A stretch of 64,000 nucleotides of DNA from an uncultured Acidobacteriota bacterium (GTDB lineage Bacteria > Acidobacteriota > Blastocatellia > RBC074): NCBI GenBank assembly GCA_963743045.1, contig CAVUOF010000017.1, forward strand, positions 82,595 through 146,594. Direction: 5' to 3'. Position numbers and translations under genes: made by a program. Positions 29,214 to 40,110 of this stretch are shown here, in pieces. Every line of letters starts with the position of its first letter. The stretch's first letter is position 1. The notes under the pieces were generated by a model. The model was not told the DNA's origin, searched no databases, and was given only the letters and a program-made list of their open reading frames with translations.

Positions 29214-32190
29214 ATGTTGCGAGATTGTGATGTACTGCGGCTGATAGTCGCGCAAAAGACCAATATGTTCGGTGTAGTAATTATTACCGGCGAGACCGAT
29301 TCTTTCGACGAGAGCCTCATTGCCGGGTATCAAAGAAGATTCGACGCCGACGTCTACATAGCCGGCACGGTTGGACGAGTGCCCTTTCCAAGCGAAACGG
29401 TAGATGACTCGGAAACAGGCAGAGCCGAACTTGCGGACCATCTGCGCGGTTGTGACCTGGTTCTTTGTCTCCGGGCACCGCTATGGGTGACGAATATCGT
29501 CAAAGAGACCGGCAAACCGGCCATCGACATCTCAAGTGAACGCGGCGCACGAACTTCGGCGCTCGTAGACGCAAGGCGCCGAGACGATGACGAGACCTCC
29601 CTCTTGACAGCCCGCCTTGAAGACCGAGAGCAGAAGCTCGCGCACGCCAGTGCCCGCATCGACTCCCAGGAAGAGATTGCGAGGTCACTCAGGAATGAGC
29701 TGCATCAGCTGGCCGCCCTCAGGCAGCACCTTGCCGAGGCGCAAGCCGAGGCGCGAGTCTACCGCGAGCAGATGGAGTTGATCACGAGCAGCAATGCCTG
29801 GCGCATCGTTCGAAAACTCTGGCGTATCAGCGGCCGGATCAGGAATCGGCGGGGGACAGATCGCCTCCCTGCTCAAAGCGCGCCTGAAACCCAGGCAAAA
29901 GGCGCGCCTGCCACCGATCTGAAGGTCGAAAATCGACTGCCGGCGCATGACGAAAAGGCCCACTCGCCACTGCCCACTGATGTCAGCGCTCGCGTCGCAG
30001 ATTCCAGGCGCGTCCCAATCGTCGCACCTGCGTTCTTTGATCTCAATGGCAACAACATGCACTTCGGGGGAGCTGAGAGATACCTGATTGAGCTCAGCCA
30101 TCTGATTCGTGAGCTCGGTTACGAGCCCGAAGTCTATCAGCCAGCCATTGGCTCGTGGGTTCGTTACTACTCAGGCCTGCGGGTCAGGGGAATCGACAGT
30201 GGAGGTGATCTTCAGAAGCTGAACGCAAAGTTCCACAGCCTGGTGCCTGAAGGTGCACTTACTATTTACCTGGCTTTCTTTCTCGCAACACCAAGGTTTC
30301 ACGCTCGTTCCATAGGTATCAGCCACGGCATCTACTGGGACAACGACCTCTCGCAGAAGTCTGGAGAGCTGAATCGTCAATATCAGAAAGACGTTCTCAG
30401 TGCGATGGTCAATGTCGGACGCATGGTTCAGTCGACTCGGCGACGATGAACTGGGTTCGAGGTGTGCGGGTACCGCTGGCGAAAAAGTTTGAGTACATAC
30501 CCAACTTCGTTGATCTCGAACAGTTTCATCCCGCGCCAGTATCTCGCCGTGAAGGGGATGATTCGATTGTCATACTCTTTCCGCGGCGCTTCAATGAAGC
30601 TCGTGGCTTCTGGATGCTGGTCGACCTTGTCCCGGAATTCCTCGAGAGATATCCGAACGTCAAGTTTGATTTTGTAGGAAAGGCAATTGGACGCGAGGCG
30701 GAGGCGATGCTCGACCTGATAGACCGCTATAAGGAGCGAGTCTCGTGGCGCTTCCTCCGCCTGAGAGGATGCACGAGGCCTATCAGCAAGCAGACATCGC
30801 GCTTATCCCAACAGTAGAAAGCGAGGGCACCTCCCTCTCGTGTCTTGAGGCCATGGCGTGTGGAAATGCAATTGTTGCCACAACTGTTGGAGGCCTCACC
30901 GATCTGATTCTGCCTGATTTCAACGGCCTGCTGATCGAGCCACGAATAGCGGATCTGCGTGATGCGATAACGCGCCTGCTGGAGGATGAGGAGTTGCGGC
31001 GGCGACTCGGCCGTCGCGGCCGCAAGGTGGCACAGGCCTTCAGTATAACAATCTGGCAGGAACGCTGGAAACGAGTCCTGGCGGAGTTCCTGCCCCAACA
31101 GTCTTCCCCGCTCCCGGCTACTCATCGTGGCGTGGCTGTCTTCCCTGCGATATCGTACATTACGTGGGAGGTGGTCAAGCAACGGCCTCATCATCTGGCA
31201 GTGCAGCTCGCCGCACACGGGATTGAGACCTATTGGCGCAATCCGACAGGCAAGCAAGTGAGCGGCCGGCCGGGCCTGCATATTGTCTCACCTGAAGATG
31301 ACCTATATCTCAAGTCGCCCTTTGTTCTAATCTATTGGCCATTTCACTACCTGAATCTTGGTGAGTATGATCGGCCGCGCGTTATCTTTGATGTCCTCGA
31401 CGACATCAGTATTCATGACGCTTCAGATCGCGCCGCCAACCTGCCGGTTGGCCGCCGCGCGAGAGACTACTACAAGCTCATGCTCAGCGCGCAGATCTGG
31501 TCATGACGTCATCCAACGTTCTCTTTGAGAAGGTCCGGCTGGAGCGTCCCGATGTAATGTTTATCCCAAACGGAGTGGATTTGGAGCACTTCAACCCTGA
31601 GCGCGTGGCGGTATCAGCTGAGCTCAAGGCGATAGAAGAGCCGGTGGTTGGATTTCACGGAGCCATTGCGGAATGGGTGGACTACAAGCTTCTCGAGGAG
31701 GTCCTGGATTTACGGCCTCAATATCAATTCGTCTTCGTCGGACCGGTATCGCAACCGAAGGACTTCGCACGCGTTCTGGCAAGACGAAACGCGAGGCATA
31801 TTGATACCAAGGTCTATGAACTCGTTCCTGGCTATATAGCGGGGTTCAAGGTCGGCATCGTCCCCTTCCTCATGAATGATGTCACGCGCGGGTGTCCGGC
31901 CTCTCAAGGTTCTCGAATACATGGCCATGGGGAAGCCGACAGTGGCCACACCCTTGCCCGACATCACGCACTGGCCGGGCGTTCTTTGCGCTACGACAGC
32001 GGAAATGTTTGCGGCGAAGATCGATGAGGCCCTGGAGAACGGCGCAGCACTTATGTCGGGCAGGGATGTCGCCGACTTTCTTTGCGCCTCCTCGTGGAAG
32101 GAAGTGACGAGACCGTTAATGGCAGCTCTCGACGAGATGCTCGGAAATTCGGCTAACGAGATCGCGGCAAAGACACTCCAGGTTACCTGA
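29214..32190 (+). CDS. Very large multi-domain glycosyltransferase (N-domain, coiled coil, GT4 domain, second TuaH-like GT-B domain), read through four frame breaks (about 30428, 30750, 31490, 31890); could be two genes
   Basis: ORFs 29214..30449, 30446..30817, 30745..31506, 31503..32027 and 31876..32190 join into a collinear protein. The joins are ..NVGRMV|SVDSATMNWVRG.., ..YKERVSW|ALPPERMHEAYQQADIALIPTVESEGTSLSCLEAMACGNAIV (GT4 EX7E region), ..KLMLSA|ADLVMTSS.. and ..FLMNDVTRG|VRPLKVLEYMAMGKPTV. No in-frame stop separates the GT4 part from the second domain. An in-frame GTG at 31132 could start a separate gene. Confidence 0.6.
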
Positions 32191-32246
32191 GGTAGCCAAG
32201 CGCATTTCAACCCGCTAAAGTAAAGGTTCGAAGGCTGGAATAGATA

Positions 32247-33084
32247 ATGGCAGCCAATTCCACACAGCAAAAACCGGTCTACGATTCGGCAGCACAGAGG
32301 CGTCCCTGGATCGTCGAGCTTGTCGAGCTCTACCGGTATCGCGATCTGCTCGTACAGTTGATCGCGCGGAACATCAAGACCCGCTACAAGAGATCCGTGC
32401 TCGGGGACTTCTGGACGATGCTCAACCCGCTTTTTACGATGATCGTCCTTTCGCTCGTCTTTTCTCAGGTGTTTCGCTTTCAAACAAAGTACTACGCCAC
32501 CTACGCACTGGCCGGGCTGATCTTCTGGAATTTCTTTGCCCAGACGACAAGCCATGCGAATCAGTGAGCTGCTCTGGGGCAGCACGCTGCTCAACCGGAT
32601 ATATGTACCGCGGGCAATCTTTGCGGCAACGGCGCTCGGCACAGGGCTCGTCAACTTTCTTATCGCTCTGGTGCCGCTGTTGCTGATCATGCTGGTGACG
32701 CGAACTCCGATCAGGCTGTCACTGCTCTTTCTGCCGGTGCCGGTGGTGCTGATCGCCTGTTTCGCGCTGGGAGTCAGCCTGCTGCTTGCGAGGCTCGCCA
32801 TCTACTTCGCCGACGTGCTCGATATGTATCAGATACTGTTGACGCTCTGGATGTATCTGACTCCCATAATCTATCCGAAGAACATTCTGCCGGCGCGATT
32901 TTACTGGGTGCTCAATCTGAATCCGATGTATCACTTGCTGGAGGTCTTCCGAGCGCCGATCTATGCGGGCTGGCTTGCCGGGCCCAAGACTCTTGCGGCA
33001 GCAACCCTGATAGCATTCTCGACACTCGTATTCGGCTGGTGGTTCTTCACTAGAAAGGCTGATGAACTCTCTTACCGCGTCTGA
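32247..33084 (+). CDS. wzm: ABC-2 type polysaccharide export permease (Wzm/TagG-like); one frame break within 32536-32567
   Basis: LYRYRDLLVQLIARNIKTRYKRSVLGDFWTMLNPLF.. (ORF 32247..32567) continues as ..LLNRIYVPRAIFAATALGTGLVNFLIALVPLL.. (ORF 32536..33084). Confidence 0.85.
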
Positions 33085-33847
33085 GATGCGTCCGACAGGG
33101 AGCGCGCGGGAGACGGCTCCCGTGGTAATCAAGGTCGAGCACGTCTCGGTACAATACAAGGTTCAGCGTGACCGCATCCGCTCGTTCAAGGAGTATGCGA
33201 TCAGGCGGATGCAGCGTCGCGTAAGTCAGGAAGACTTTGCTGCCCTTCGAGACGTAAGTCTCGAAATCCGCGAGAGCGAAGTCTTCGGGATTATTGGCCG
33301 CAACGGCGCGGGCAAGAGCACTCTCCTCAAGGTGGTCTCGCGCGTTATGAAACCGACGACAGGCCGTGTCTGGGTATGCGGGAAGGTAGCGCCGTTGCTG
33401 GAGATCGGAGCAGGTTTCCACCACGAGCTCACCGGTCGAGAGAATGTTTATCTCAACGGCACGCTTCTCGGCTACAGCCGCGCAGAGATGTCGGCACAGT
33501 TTGACGACATAGTTGAATTCGCCGAGCTCTGGGATTTTATCGACGCGCCGCTGCGCACATATTCGAGCGGCATGGTCAGCAGGCTGGGGTTCGCGGTGGC
33601 GACTTCTACGCAGCCCGACATACTTATCGTGGATGAAGCTCTTTCGGTTGGTGATGAACAGTTCAGAAAGAAGTGCTCAGAAAGGGTCAGGCTGTTCAGG
33701 GAGAGCGGCACCACGACACTGCTTGTAACCCACGATCCGGAGCTGGCTCACAATCTCTGCGATCGGGCCGCGCTGCTTGACCACGGCTCGCTGAGAGCAA
33801 TTGGTCGGGTCGACGATGTCATCAAAGAATACCATTCAAACGTTTGA
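33062..33847 (+). CDS. wzt: Polysaccharide export ABC transporter ATP-binding protein (Wzt/TagH-like, short form without a C-terminal carbohydrate-binding domain)
   Basis: Walker A GRNGAGKSTLLK, signature YSSGMVSRLGFA, Walker B ILIVDEALSVGD. An alternative start at 33086 lies 2 nt after the wzm stop. Confidence 0.9.
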   Translation: MNSLTASEMRPTGSARETAPVVIKVEHVSVQYKVQRDRIRSFKEYAIRRMQRRVSQEDFAALRDVSLEIRESEVFGIIGRNGAGKSTLLKVVSRVMKPTTGRVWVCGKVAPLLEIGAGFHHELTGRENVYLNGTLLGYSRAEMSAQFDDIVEFAELWDFIDAPLRTYSSGMVSRLGFAVATSTQPDILIVDEALSVGDEQFRKKCSERVRLFRESGTTTLLVTHDPELAHNLCDRAALLDHGSLRAIGRVDDVIKEYHSNV

Positions 33848-33878
33848 GCCCGCCGCCATTCCCGTGAACAAGAATCCG

Positions 33879-34991
33879 ATGAAGGTCCTCTGCGTCTTTG
33901 GAACGCGCCCTGAAGCAATCAAGATGGCTCCCGTTGTCAGGGAGCTGTGGCGCCGTTCTGCTCGGTTTTCGACGATCGTTTGCGTCACCGCGCAGCATCG
34001 CGAAATGCTCGACCAGGTTCTCTCACTGTTTCAGCTTAAACCGGATTATGACCTCAACCTCATGCGGGATAACCAGTCGCTTGCCGGCATGACTGCCGAA
34101 GCTTTGACCGGACTCGACCGGGTACTGGATGAGGTCAAGCCTGACCTGGTACTCGCTCAAGGCGACACGACCACCGCAATGGTTGCGACGCTGGCCGCGT
34201 TTTATCGCCGAATCAGGATCGGCCACGTGGAGGCGGGTCTGAGAACCTGGAACAAATTCCATCCTTTCCCGGAGGAGATCAACCGGAAGATCGCAGACGC
34301 AGTATGTGACCTGCATTTTGCACCGACTGACGGCGCCCGTGACAACCTCCTGCGTGAAGGCATCAATGGAGCGAGCATTCTCGTCACCGGGAATACGGTG
34401 ATCGACGCTCTGCTCGAGGTCTCTGCGCTTCCTTACGACTGGAACTCAGGTCCACTAGAGGGCATCCCACGCGATCGGCGCTTGATCCTCGTTACCGCAC
34501 ATCGCCGGGAGAATTTTGGAGGGCCGCTGGCAAACATCTGCGCTGCACTGAGCGAGATTGCCGAGCGGCGCCCCGACACACACATCGTGTTTCCTGTCCA
34601 TCTCAATCCAAACGTTCAAAGAATGGTTTACGAACGGCTCGAGGGTCTGTCCAACGTGAGCTTGACAGAGCCGCTGGATTATCTGCCAATGGTTCACCTC
34701 ATGAAGCAATGCTACCTGGTTCTGACAGATTCGGGTGGACTGCAGGAAGAGGCTCCGGGACTCGGGAAGCCGGTCGCTGTCATGCGCGAAGTCACTGAGC
34801 GACCGGAGGGAATTGCAGCCGGAACAGTAAAGCTGGTTGGAACCGATGCGCGGCGGATCGTGGATGCCACCCTGGAGCTTCTGGACGATCCGTCAGAGTA
34901 CGAAAAAATGTCGCAGGCGGTGAATCCCTATGGAGATGGCCAGGCGAGCCGTCGGATCGTTGATTCTCTTGAGGGACACGGGCAAGCCTGA
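33879..34991 (+). CDS. wecB: UDP-N-acetylglucosamine 2-epimerase (non-hydrolysing)
   Basis: MKVLCVFGTRPEAIKMAPVV..VCVTAQHREMLDQVL..VQGDTTT..HVEAGLRT..FPEE..TDSGGLQEEAP. Confidence 0.9.
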   Translation: MKVLCVFGTRPEAIKMAPVVRELWRRSARFSTIVCVTAQHREMLDQVLSLFQLKPDYDLNLMRDNQSLAGMTAEALTGLDRVLDEVKPDLVLAQGDTTTAMVATLAAFYRRIRIGHVEAGLRTWNKFHPFPEEINRKIADAVCDLHFAPTDGARDNLLREGINGASILVTGNTVIDALLEVSALPYDWNSGPLEGIPRDRRLILVTAHRRENFGGPLANICAALSEIAERRPDTHIVFPVHLNPNVQRMVYERLEGLSNVSLTEPLDYLPMVHLMKQCYLVLTDSGGLQEEAPGLGKPVAVMREVTERPEGIAAGTVKLVGTDARRIVDATLELLDDPSEYEKMSQAVNPYGDGQASRRIVDSLEGHGQA

Positions 34992-34996
34992 AACAA

Positions 34997-36871
34997 TCAG
35001 TGCTGGACCTCGGCTTTCGGCGTCGAATCAGTCCTCGCTGGAACAGTCTGGACTGCCTGTGAACTCTTGTGGCGCGAACTGGCCATGACGTCGCCGTTGG
35101 AGAGCAAGCTGGTATAGCCGCGTGAGTTCCAGCAAAACGCCGCGCAAACCAGTCGCTTCGGCATCTCCTTCTTGACAAGATCAGTGGCCTGTTTCTGAAC
35201 CAGGTCACCCTGCTTAAGGTTTGGATCCAGCTGAACAAGTTCGCCGGCAATTGTAATCTGGGACTTGATGAAGATATTTAAGTCAAACTTGGTTGTATAC
35301 CCCAGCTGAATCAATCCGGAAAGCAATTCCTGAATGTCATTAAAAGCGCCACGCGGCGGCCTGGGCTTGATTACCTCGGCGATGAGAGCATCGATTTTCT
35401 GCAACTTCTCCGGATCATTGGTCAATCCATTTTCGACGAGCCCTCCTATGTTCTTACGCAGGCGCCTGGCATCAGAGAGCTGAACTCCAAGAATCATCTG
35501 CATGAGGACCAGGCGATCCTCACGCGGAAACACGCCCATCAACCCCCAATCCAGTAAGGCAATCTTGTATGGGTTCCTGGGGTCATCGGTTACGCGGTAG
35601 ACGTTGCCAGGATGCGGATCGCCGTGAAAGATAGCGTCCGGCTTGGGCGAGAAAATAACGCCACCTGTCATGACCTCACTCAGGCGGGCTGCCATGATCG
35701 ATCGCTGCCGGGGGCTGCCGAGGAAAGCGCTGGTAATCTTCTCACCGCTTATGAACTCCATCATGGCGACGTGCCTGGTAGAGATCGGAAATATCTCAGG
35801 GACCAGAACCTTCCTGCTGCCTTTGTAGTACCCCCGGGCGCGGATGAAGTTTTGCTGCTCAGCGACAATGTCGATCTCGTTGGTCAAGGCTCTTCGGATC
35901 TCCTTAAACATATCAGCAAGCGGCACCGCGCCGAGGTCGTAGAAGTCGTGATTGGTGGTGAAAAACGCCGTTAGTCCATCTATTATGGAAAGGTCCTCAG
36001 GCACATAGGCAAGTACGTAGGGCTTGACGACTTTGCAGATCACCTGCCGCCGGACAGTGCTTCCGGGCGGAATTGTTGATGCGCGAATGGTTGCTCCAAC
36101 GGTGGCCTCCGCCAGAATCTTGTCGGCAAACTGCACCTGATACTTGTCGATCGAAGACTTGCCGATATCCTCGATAATGAACTGCACCAGCTCCTCGCGA
36201 GCCATCGTGTGGATGCCGTTCTCCAAATCCTGGAGAGCCGTCTGAAAGTCGGGAGGCAGATCAGGATTGCGGGCCAGAATCTGACCCATCTTCTGCAGGC
36301 TTGGGATTCTTGAGACGAACTCTTTAAGATAGTCGCCGCGGGAAGAATTCGGAGGAAGCAAGGCGAGGCTGACAAGCTTGTCCAGAAGACGATCATCCGA
36401 AAGATGGTCCAGAAAGAAGAGCAATGCATCGTGGACAATTGGCGCCCACATAGGTCCCCACTTCTCAGGAATCATTTCCAGAACCTGTGACTGGTGCAAA
36501 AAGAACTCCAACAAGAGTGGGCGATTGGCTTGCCAGTCTGCCTGCTTGAGTAAGCCCACGATCTCGGCCTTCGGGATCGGGCCTTTGGTCGATATTCCAA
36601 CGGCCTCGGCCAGACTCTTTAGCTCTTTGAGATGGGACGAATCGAGCTGGGCAGATTCCTTCAATAAATCCATCAACAGGGGCAGCCCCGAAATGCCCCG
36701 CTTTAGTGTCTCGTAGTGACTGTGCGGAGTTGGGAGAGCGATCTGCTGATGAGTCTCCTGGCCTGGCCCCGGAATTCCCGCCCTCGCAATGGAACAGGAA
36801 ACCAGCAACGTGCACATTAGTACACGGCCAGCTTCCGTTACTCTTGCAATGGCGAAGGATGGAAGAAACAT
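34997..36871 (-). CDS. ABC1/UbiB-family atypical protein kinase with an N-terminal signal or TM segment
   Basis: ..LAEATVGATIRAS..VICKVVKPYV..LTNEIDIVAEQQN..LVPEIF..STRHVAMMEFISGEKI..IFHGDPHPGNV..ALLDWG. Confidence 0.8.
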   Translation of the reverse strand: MFLPSFAIARVTEAGRVLMCTLLVSCSIARAGIPGPGQETHQQIALPTPHSHYETLKRGISGLPLLMDLLKESAQLDSSHLKELKSLAEAVGISTKGPIPKAEIVGLLKQADWQANRPLLLEFFLHQSQVLEMIPEKWGPMWAPIVHDALLFFLDHLSDDRLLDKLVSLALLPPNSSRGDYLKEFVSRIPSLQKMGQILARNPDLPPDFQTALQDLENGIHTMAREELVQFIIEDIGKSSIDKYQVQFADKILAEATVGATIRASTIPPGSTVRRQVICKVVKPYVLAYVPEDLSIIDGLTAFFTTNHDFYDLGAVPLADMFKEIRRALTNEIDIVAEQQNFIRARGYYKGSRKVLVPEIFPISTRHVAMMEFISGEKITSAFLGSPRQRSIMAARLSEVMTGGVIFSPKPDAIFHGDPHPGNVYRVTDDPRNPYKIALLDWGLMGVFPREDRLVLMQMILGVQLSDARRLRKNIGGLVENGLTNDPEKLQKIDALIAEVIKPRPPRGAFNDIQELLSGLIQLGYTTKFDLNIFIKSQITIAGELVQLDPNLKQGDLVQKQATDLVKKEMPKRLVCAAFCWNSRGYTSLLSNGDVMASSRHKSSQAVQTVPARTDSTPKAEVQH

Positions 36872-36981
36872 TGAATACTCCTTGCCCTCATAAAAGGCTC
36901 AAATCACTCGGGGAAAATGGCAGGAAGGCCACCGGATTCCTTTGGAAGGATAGGCGGGACAAGGAGGCTGTTTCACAGCCT

Positions 36982-37019
36982 AGTATGGAGTGCGGCGACA
37001 AGTCGCCGCACTCCATACT
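36982..37019. repeat. Repeat family C: perfect 18-bp-stem palindrome
   Basis: agtatggagtgcggcgac-aa-gtcgccgcactccatact. Confidence 0.8.
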
Positions 37020-37190
37020 CAGCCGGTAGGCACGCTTCGCGGCAGGTACGCAACGTCGCAAGTCTTTCATCCTAAAGCGCGGAAGAAGCAAAATTTCTTG
37101 GACGAATTGTCGAATTCCGGTCCGGCCGTTCGACTATACAGTAAAGGGCAGGGCAACCAAGACTGACCATCGGAAGGGAAGAGCAAAATT

Positions 37191-39666
37191 ATGTCATTCG
37201 TTAACGATTTGAGAGTTGCATTCCGCTCGCTGGCTCGAACCAAAGGGCTTGCGCTCACGGTGGTGCTGACGCTGGCGCTTGGCATCGGCGCCAACGCCGC
37301 CATCTTCACGCTGGTGCGCGGCGTGCTCCTCAAACCTCTCGTTAATCGCGACGAGGACCGGCTGATCTATATCCGTCAGAGCGCCCCTGGGGTCGGCGAC
37401 GACAACACAACCTTCTCCGTGCCCGAAATCCAGGATTTGCGCGCCAGCGTTAAAACTCTGAGCGCGTTCGGCGATTTCTCGACCGTCGGTTTCACCATGA
37501 TCGGCCTGGGTCAGCCTCGCGAAGTTCAAGCTGGCGTCGTCGGCGGCACCTACTTCGATGTTATGGGCCTTCACCCTGTCCTCGGTCGTCTCATCGGACC
37601 TCAAGACGACGGCCCCAACGCTGCCGGCGTCGTCGTTCTCACGTATCGTTTCTGGACGACCACTTTCAAGAAAGATCCTTCGGTCATCGGCAAAGCCGTT
37701 CGCCTTGATAGCGGTGTCCTTGGCAATCGGTCTGCCACCGTCATCGGCGTCCTCGAACCCTGCGTCCCATATCCCCAGGACACCGAAATCATCGCCAACG
37801 TCGTCACCAGCCCGCACCACCTCTCCGCCACCATGGTCACCGGCCGTATCCATCGCATGACTGAGCTCTTCGGCCGTCTCGCTCCCGGTGTCACCCTCGA
37901 TCAAGCTCGCGCCGAGTTGCGCTCCGTCTACGGGGCCATGATCAAGGAACATCCCGAAGCATATTCGCCCAAAGCGGACTTCCAGATCGGGGCGAAGCTG
38001 TTTCGCGACCAGATCACCTCGGGCGCCCGGACCGTGTTGCTGGTGCTGCTCGCAGCCTCAGTACTGGTCTTCGTCATCGCGTGTTCCAACGTCGCCAACC
38101 TGATTCTCACGCGGACGGTTCGCCGCGAAGGCGAGCTGACCATCCGTGCGGCACTCGGCGCCAGCACGGGCGCGCTGCGCCGCATGCTGCTGGCCGAAAG
38201 CCTTCTGCTTTGCAGCGCCGGCGCTGCTCTCGGCGTAATCAGCGCGCAGCCGATGGTGGCTATCCTGGCCCGCTACGCCTCGCGCTTTTCGGTCCGCGCG
38301 CTCGATTTGACGGTCGATTCCAGCCTGCTCTGGGTGGGAGCCGCGCTGGCCGTCGTCGCGGCGGTGATTCTGGCGTTCGTCCCGCGCCTGCCGTCGGCCG
38401 ATACGTCCAGTGGCCTTAGCCTATCGAGCGGCAGCGTACGGATTACCGGGAGCACCAGCCGCCGCCAGCGGATCTTCGCGGTGACACAAATCGCGGCATC
38501 CTTCGTGCTGCTGGCCGGTGCCAGCATGTTGATCACTACGCTGATCGCACTGCAAACGGCGCAGACAGGTGTCGACACCCGCCACGTCCTTGCCATCAAC
38601 GTCCCCGCTATGTCCTACGGAAAAACACCTCAGCAAGTGCTCGATTTCTACAAGGAATCGATTCGCCGCGTGGATGCGCTACCCGGCGTGAAAAAGACCG
38701 CTTTCGGCCTGACTCGTTCCCTGGCGCGATGCCGCCGCCGGCGTCGGCCTGCAATTCTCCGCCGACGGTCATGTTCATGCCGGGGGCGAAGAGGATCCTC
38801 GCGCGCAGTGGCGTGTCATCTCTCCCGGATTCTTTGCCGCGCTCGGCGTTCCCATCCTCACCGGTCGTGATTTCAACGACCTCGACGGCCAAAGTAAAGA
38901 TAAAGATCCCGTCGTCATCATCAGTGAGACTCTCGCACAGCGCATGTTCCCTCATCAGGATGCTATTAATCGGCATGTCTATTGGACGGATCCCGTGCTG
39001 AAATTCGTCCCGGGGATCAGCGCCGCACCGCACCGCATCATCGGCGTCACCGCCGATATTGACGACCAACACGTCGTTCCCGAGCCCATCCTCACCATCT
39101 ATAGCTCATTTGAAGAAGGGCCAATGTTTGGCGGCCGCCTTTTCATCCATACCGATGCAGATCCTTATTCGCTGGTCACGCCGGTCACGCGGATCATTCG
39201 CGACATGTCCGCCGACCAGCCCATTGAGCGTGCCGCCACTCTCGAAGACGTCCGCGCGGAAGTGCTTACGCCGGACCGTTTGAACTCGCTGGTGTTTGGC
39301 GTGTTCGCGGCCGTCGCGTTATCGATTGCCCTGGTTGGCGTCGCAGGCGTGCTGGCGTTTTCGGTCAGCTCGCGGACGCGCGAATTCGGTATCCGGCTGG
39401 CGCTCGGATCGCAACCACGGGATCTCCTGCGCGGCGTCATCGCAGAAGGCGCCGTGATGGCTGCGGCCGGCGTCCTCGCAGGCGCGGCATTCGGGTTCGT
39501 GATGGCGCGCTTGGCGGGCAGCTATTTCCTCGACGTGAAGATGCCGGGCGCCTTGCCCGTGGTCCTTTCTGCGTTCGTGCTGCTGACGGCCGCGGTCGTC
39601 GCATCCTCGGTGCCGGCCGCGCGCGCTGCGCGCATCGACGTCATGAAGGCTCTTCGCGCCGAGTGA
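37191..39666 (+). CDS. ADOP-type duplicated FtsX/MacB-like permease; one frame break near 38712-38722
   Basis: The N-terminus MSFVNDLRVAFRSLARTKGLALTVVLTLALGIGANAAIFTLVRGVLLKPL is typical of the family. The frame of ORF 37191..38870 is lost after ..KKTAFGL and resumes as VPWRDAAAGVGLQFSADG...ISPGFFAALGVPILTGRDF.., the frame of ORF 38944..39666. A second FtsX helix bundle sits at the C-terminus. Confidence 0.85.
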
Positions 39667-40110
39667 AATGGCAGGTGGCCCAGGTACCTGATGCTCCGGT
39701 CGGTGCCCCGGTTCGCGCCCCAGTGCTGAGTCTCCAGCCTCAATGTCCTCGCACGAACGAATGGCTCGGCAACGGGAGGGCGTTACCCGTTTATTTGGTC
39801 CGAATTACGCCTGATCAATAAAACACAGACGTTTCGTCACTTGGGGCAAAGAGCGGCGGGCAAAGGAAGAATTGCTGGCTGCCAGTGCGCGGCGTTTCAG
39901 ATTGCGGTACGCTGTCGTACGCTTGGCGATGCTACTGGCCGTGGTCGGCTGGATCGATGGAACAGCAATGCGTGGCAAACTTTCCTGATCAAAAAAGACT
40001 TGCACACTGAGGCTCGGAGCGCGACTGCTGACGTCTTCGCATATGATCCGGCCCGCCTCTAATGCCCACGGTATCGCGTTACAGATAAGTATCTCAGGAG
40101 GAGTATCCCA

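Noticed and set aside
28922-29441. ORFs 28922..29320 (-) and 29133..29441 (-)
   Set aside because: The first is a translation of the family B element; its twin 48764..49081 translates copy 2. The second is antisense to the N-terminal part of the large glycosyltransferase frame, which continues uninterrupted into a coiled coil and GT4 domain. This part is less certain.
37194-37952. 252-aa - strand ORF and several other long antisense ORFs (for example 5618..6313, 20975..21724, 23350..24279, 31710..32801, 40753..41637)
   Set aside because: Each lies fully inside a confidently identified gene on the opposite strand. Long stop-free antisense frames are expected in GC-rich DNA.
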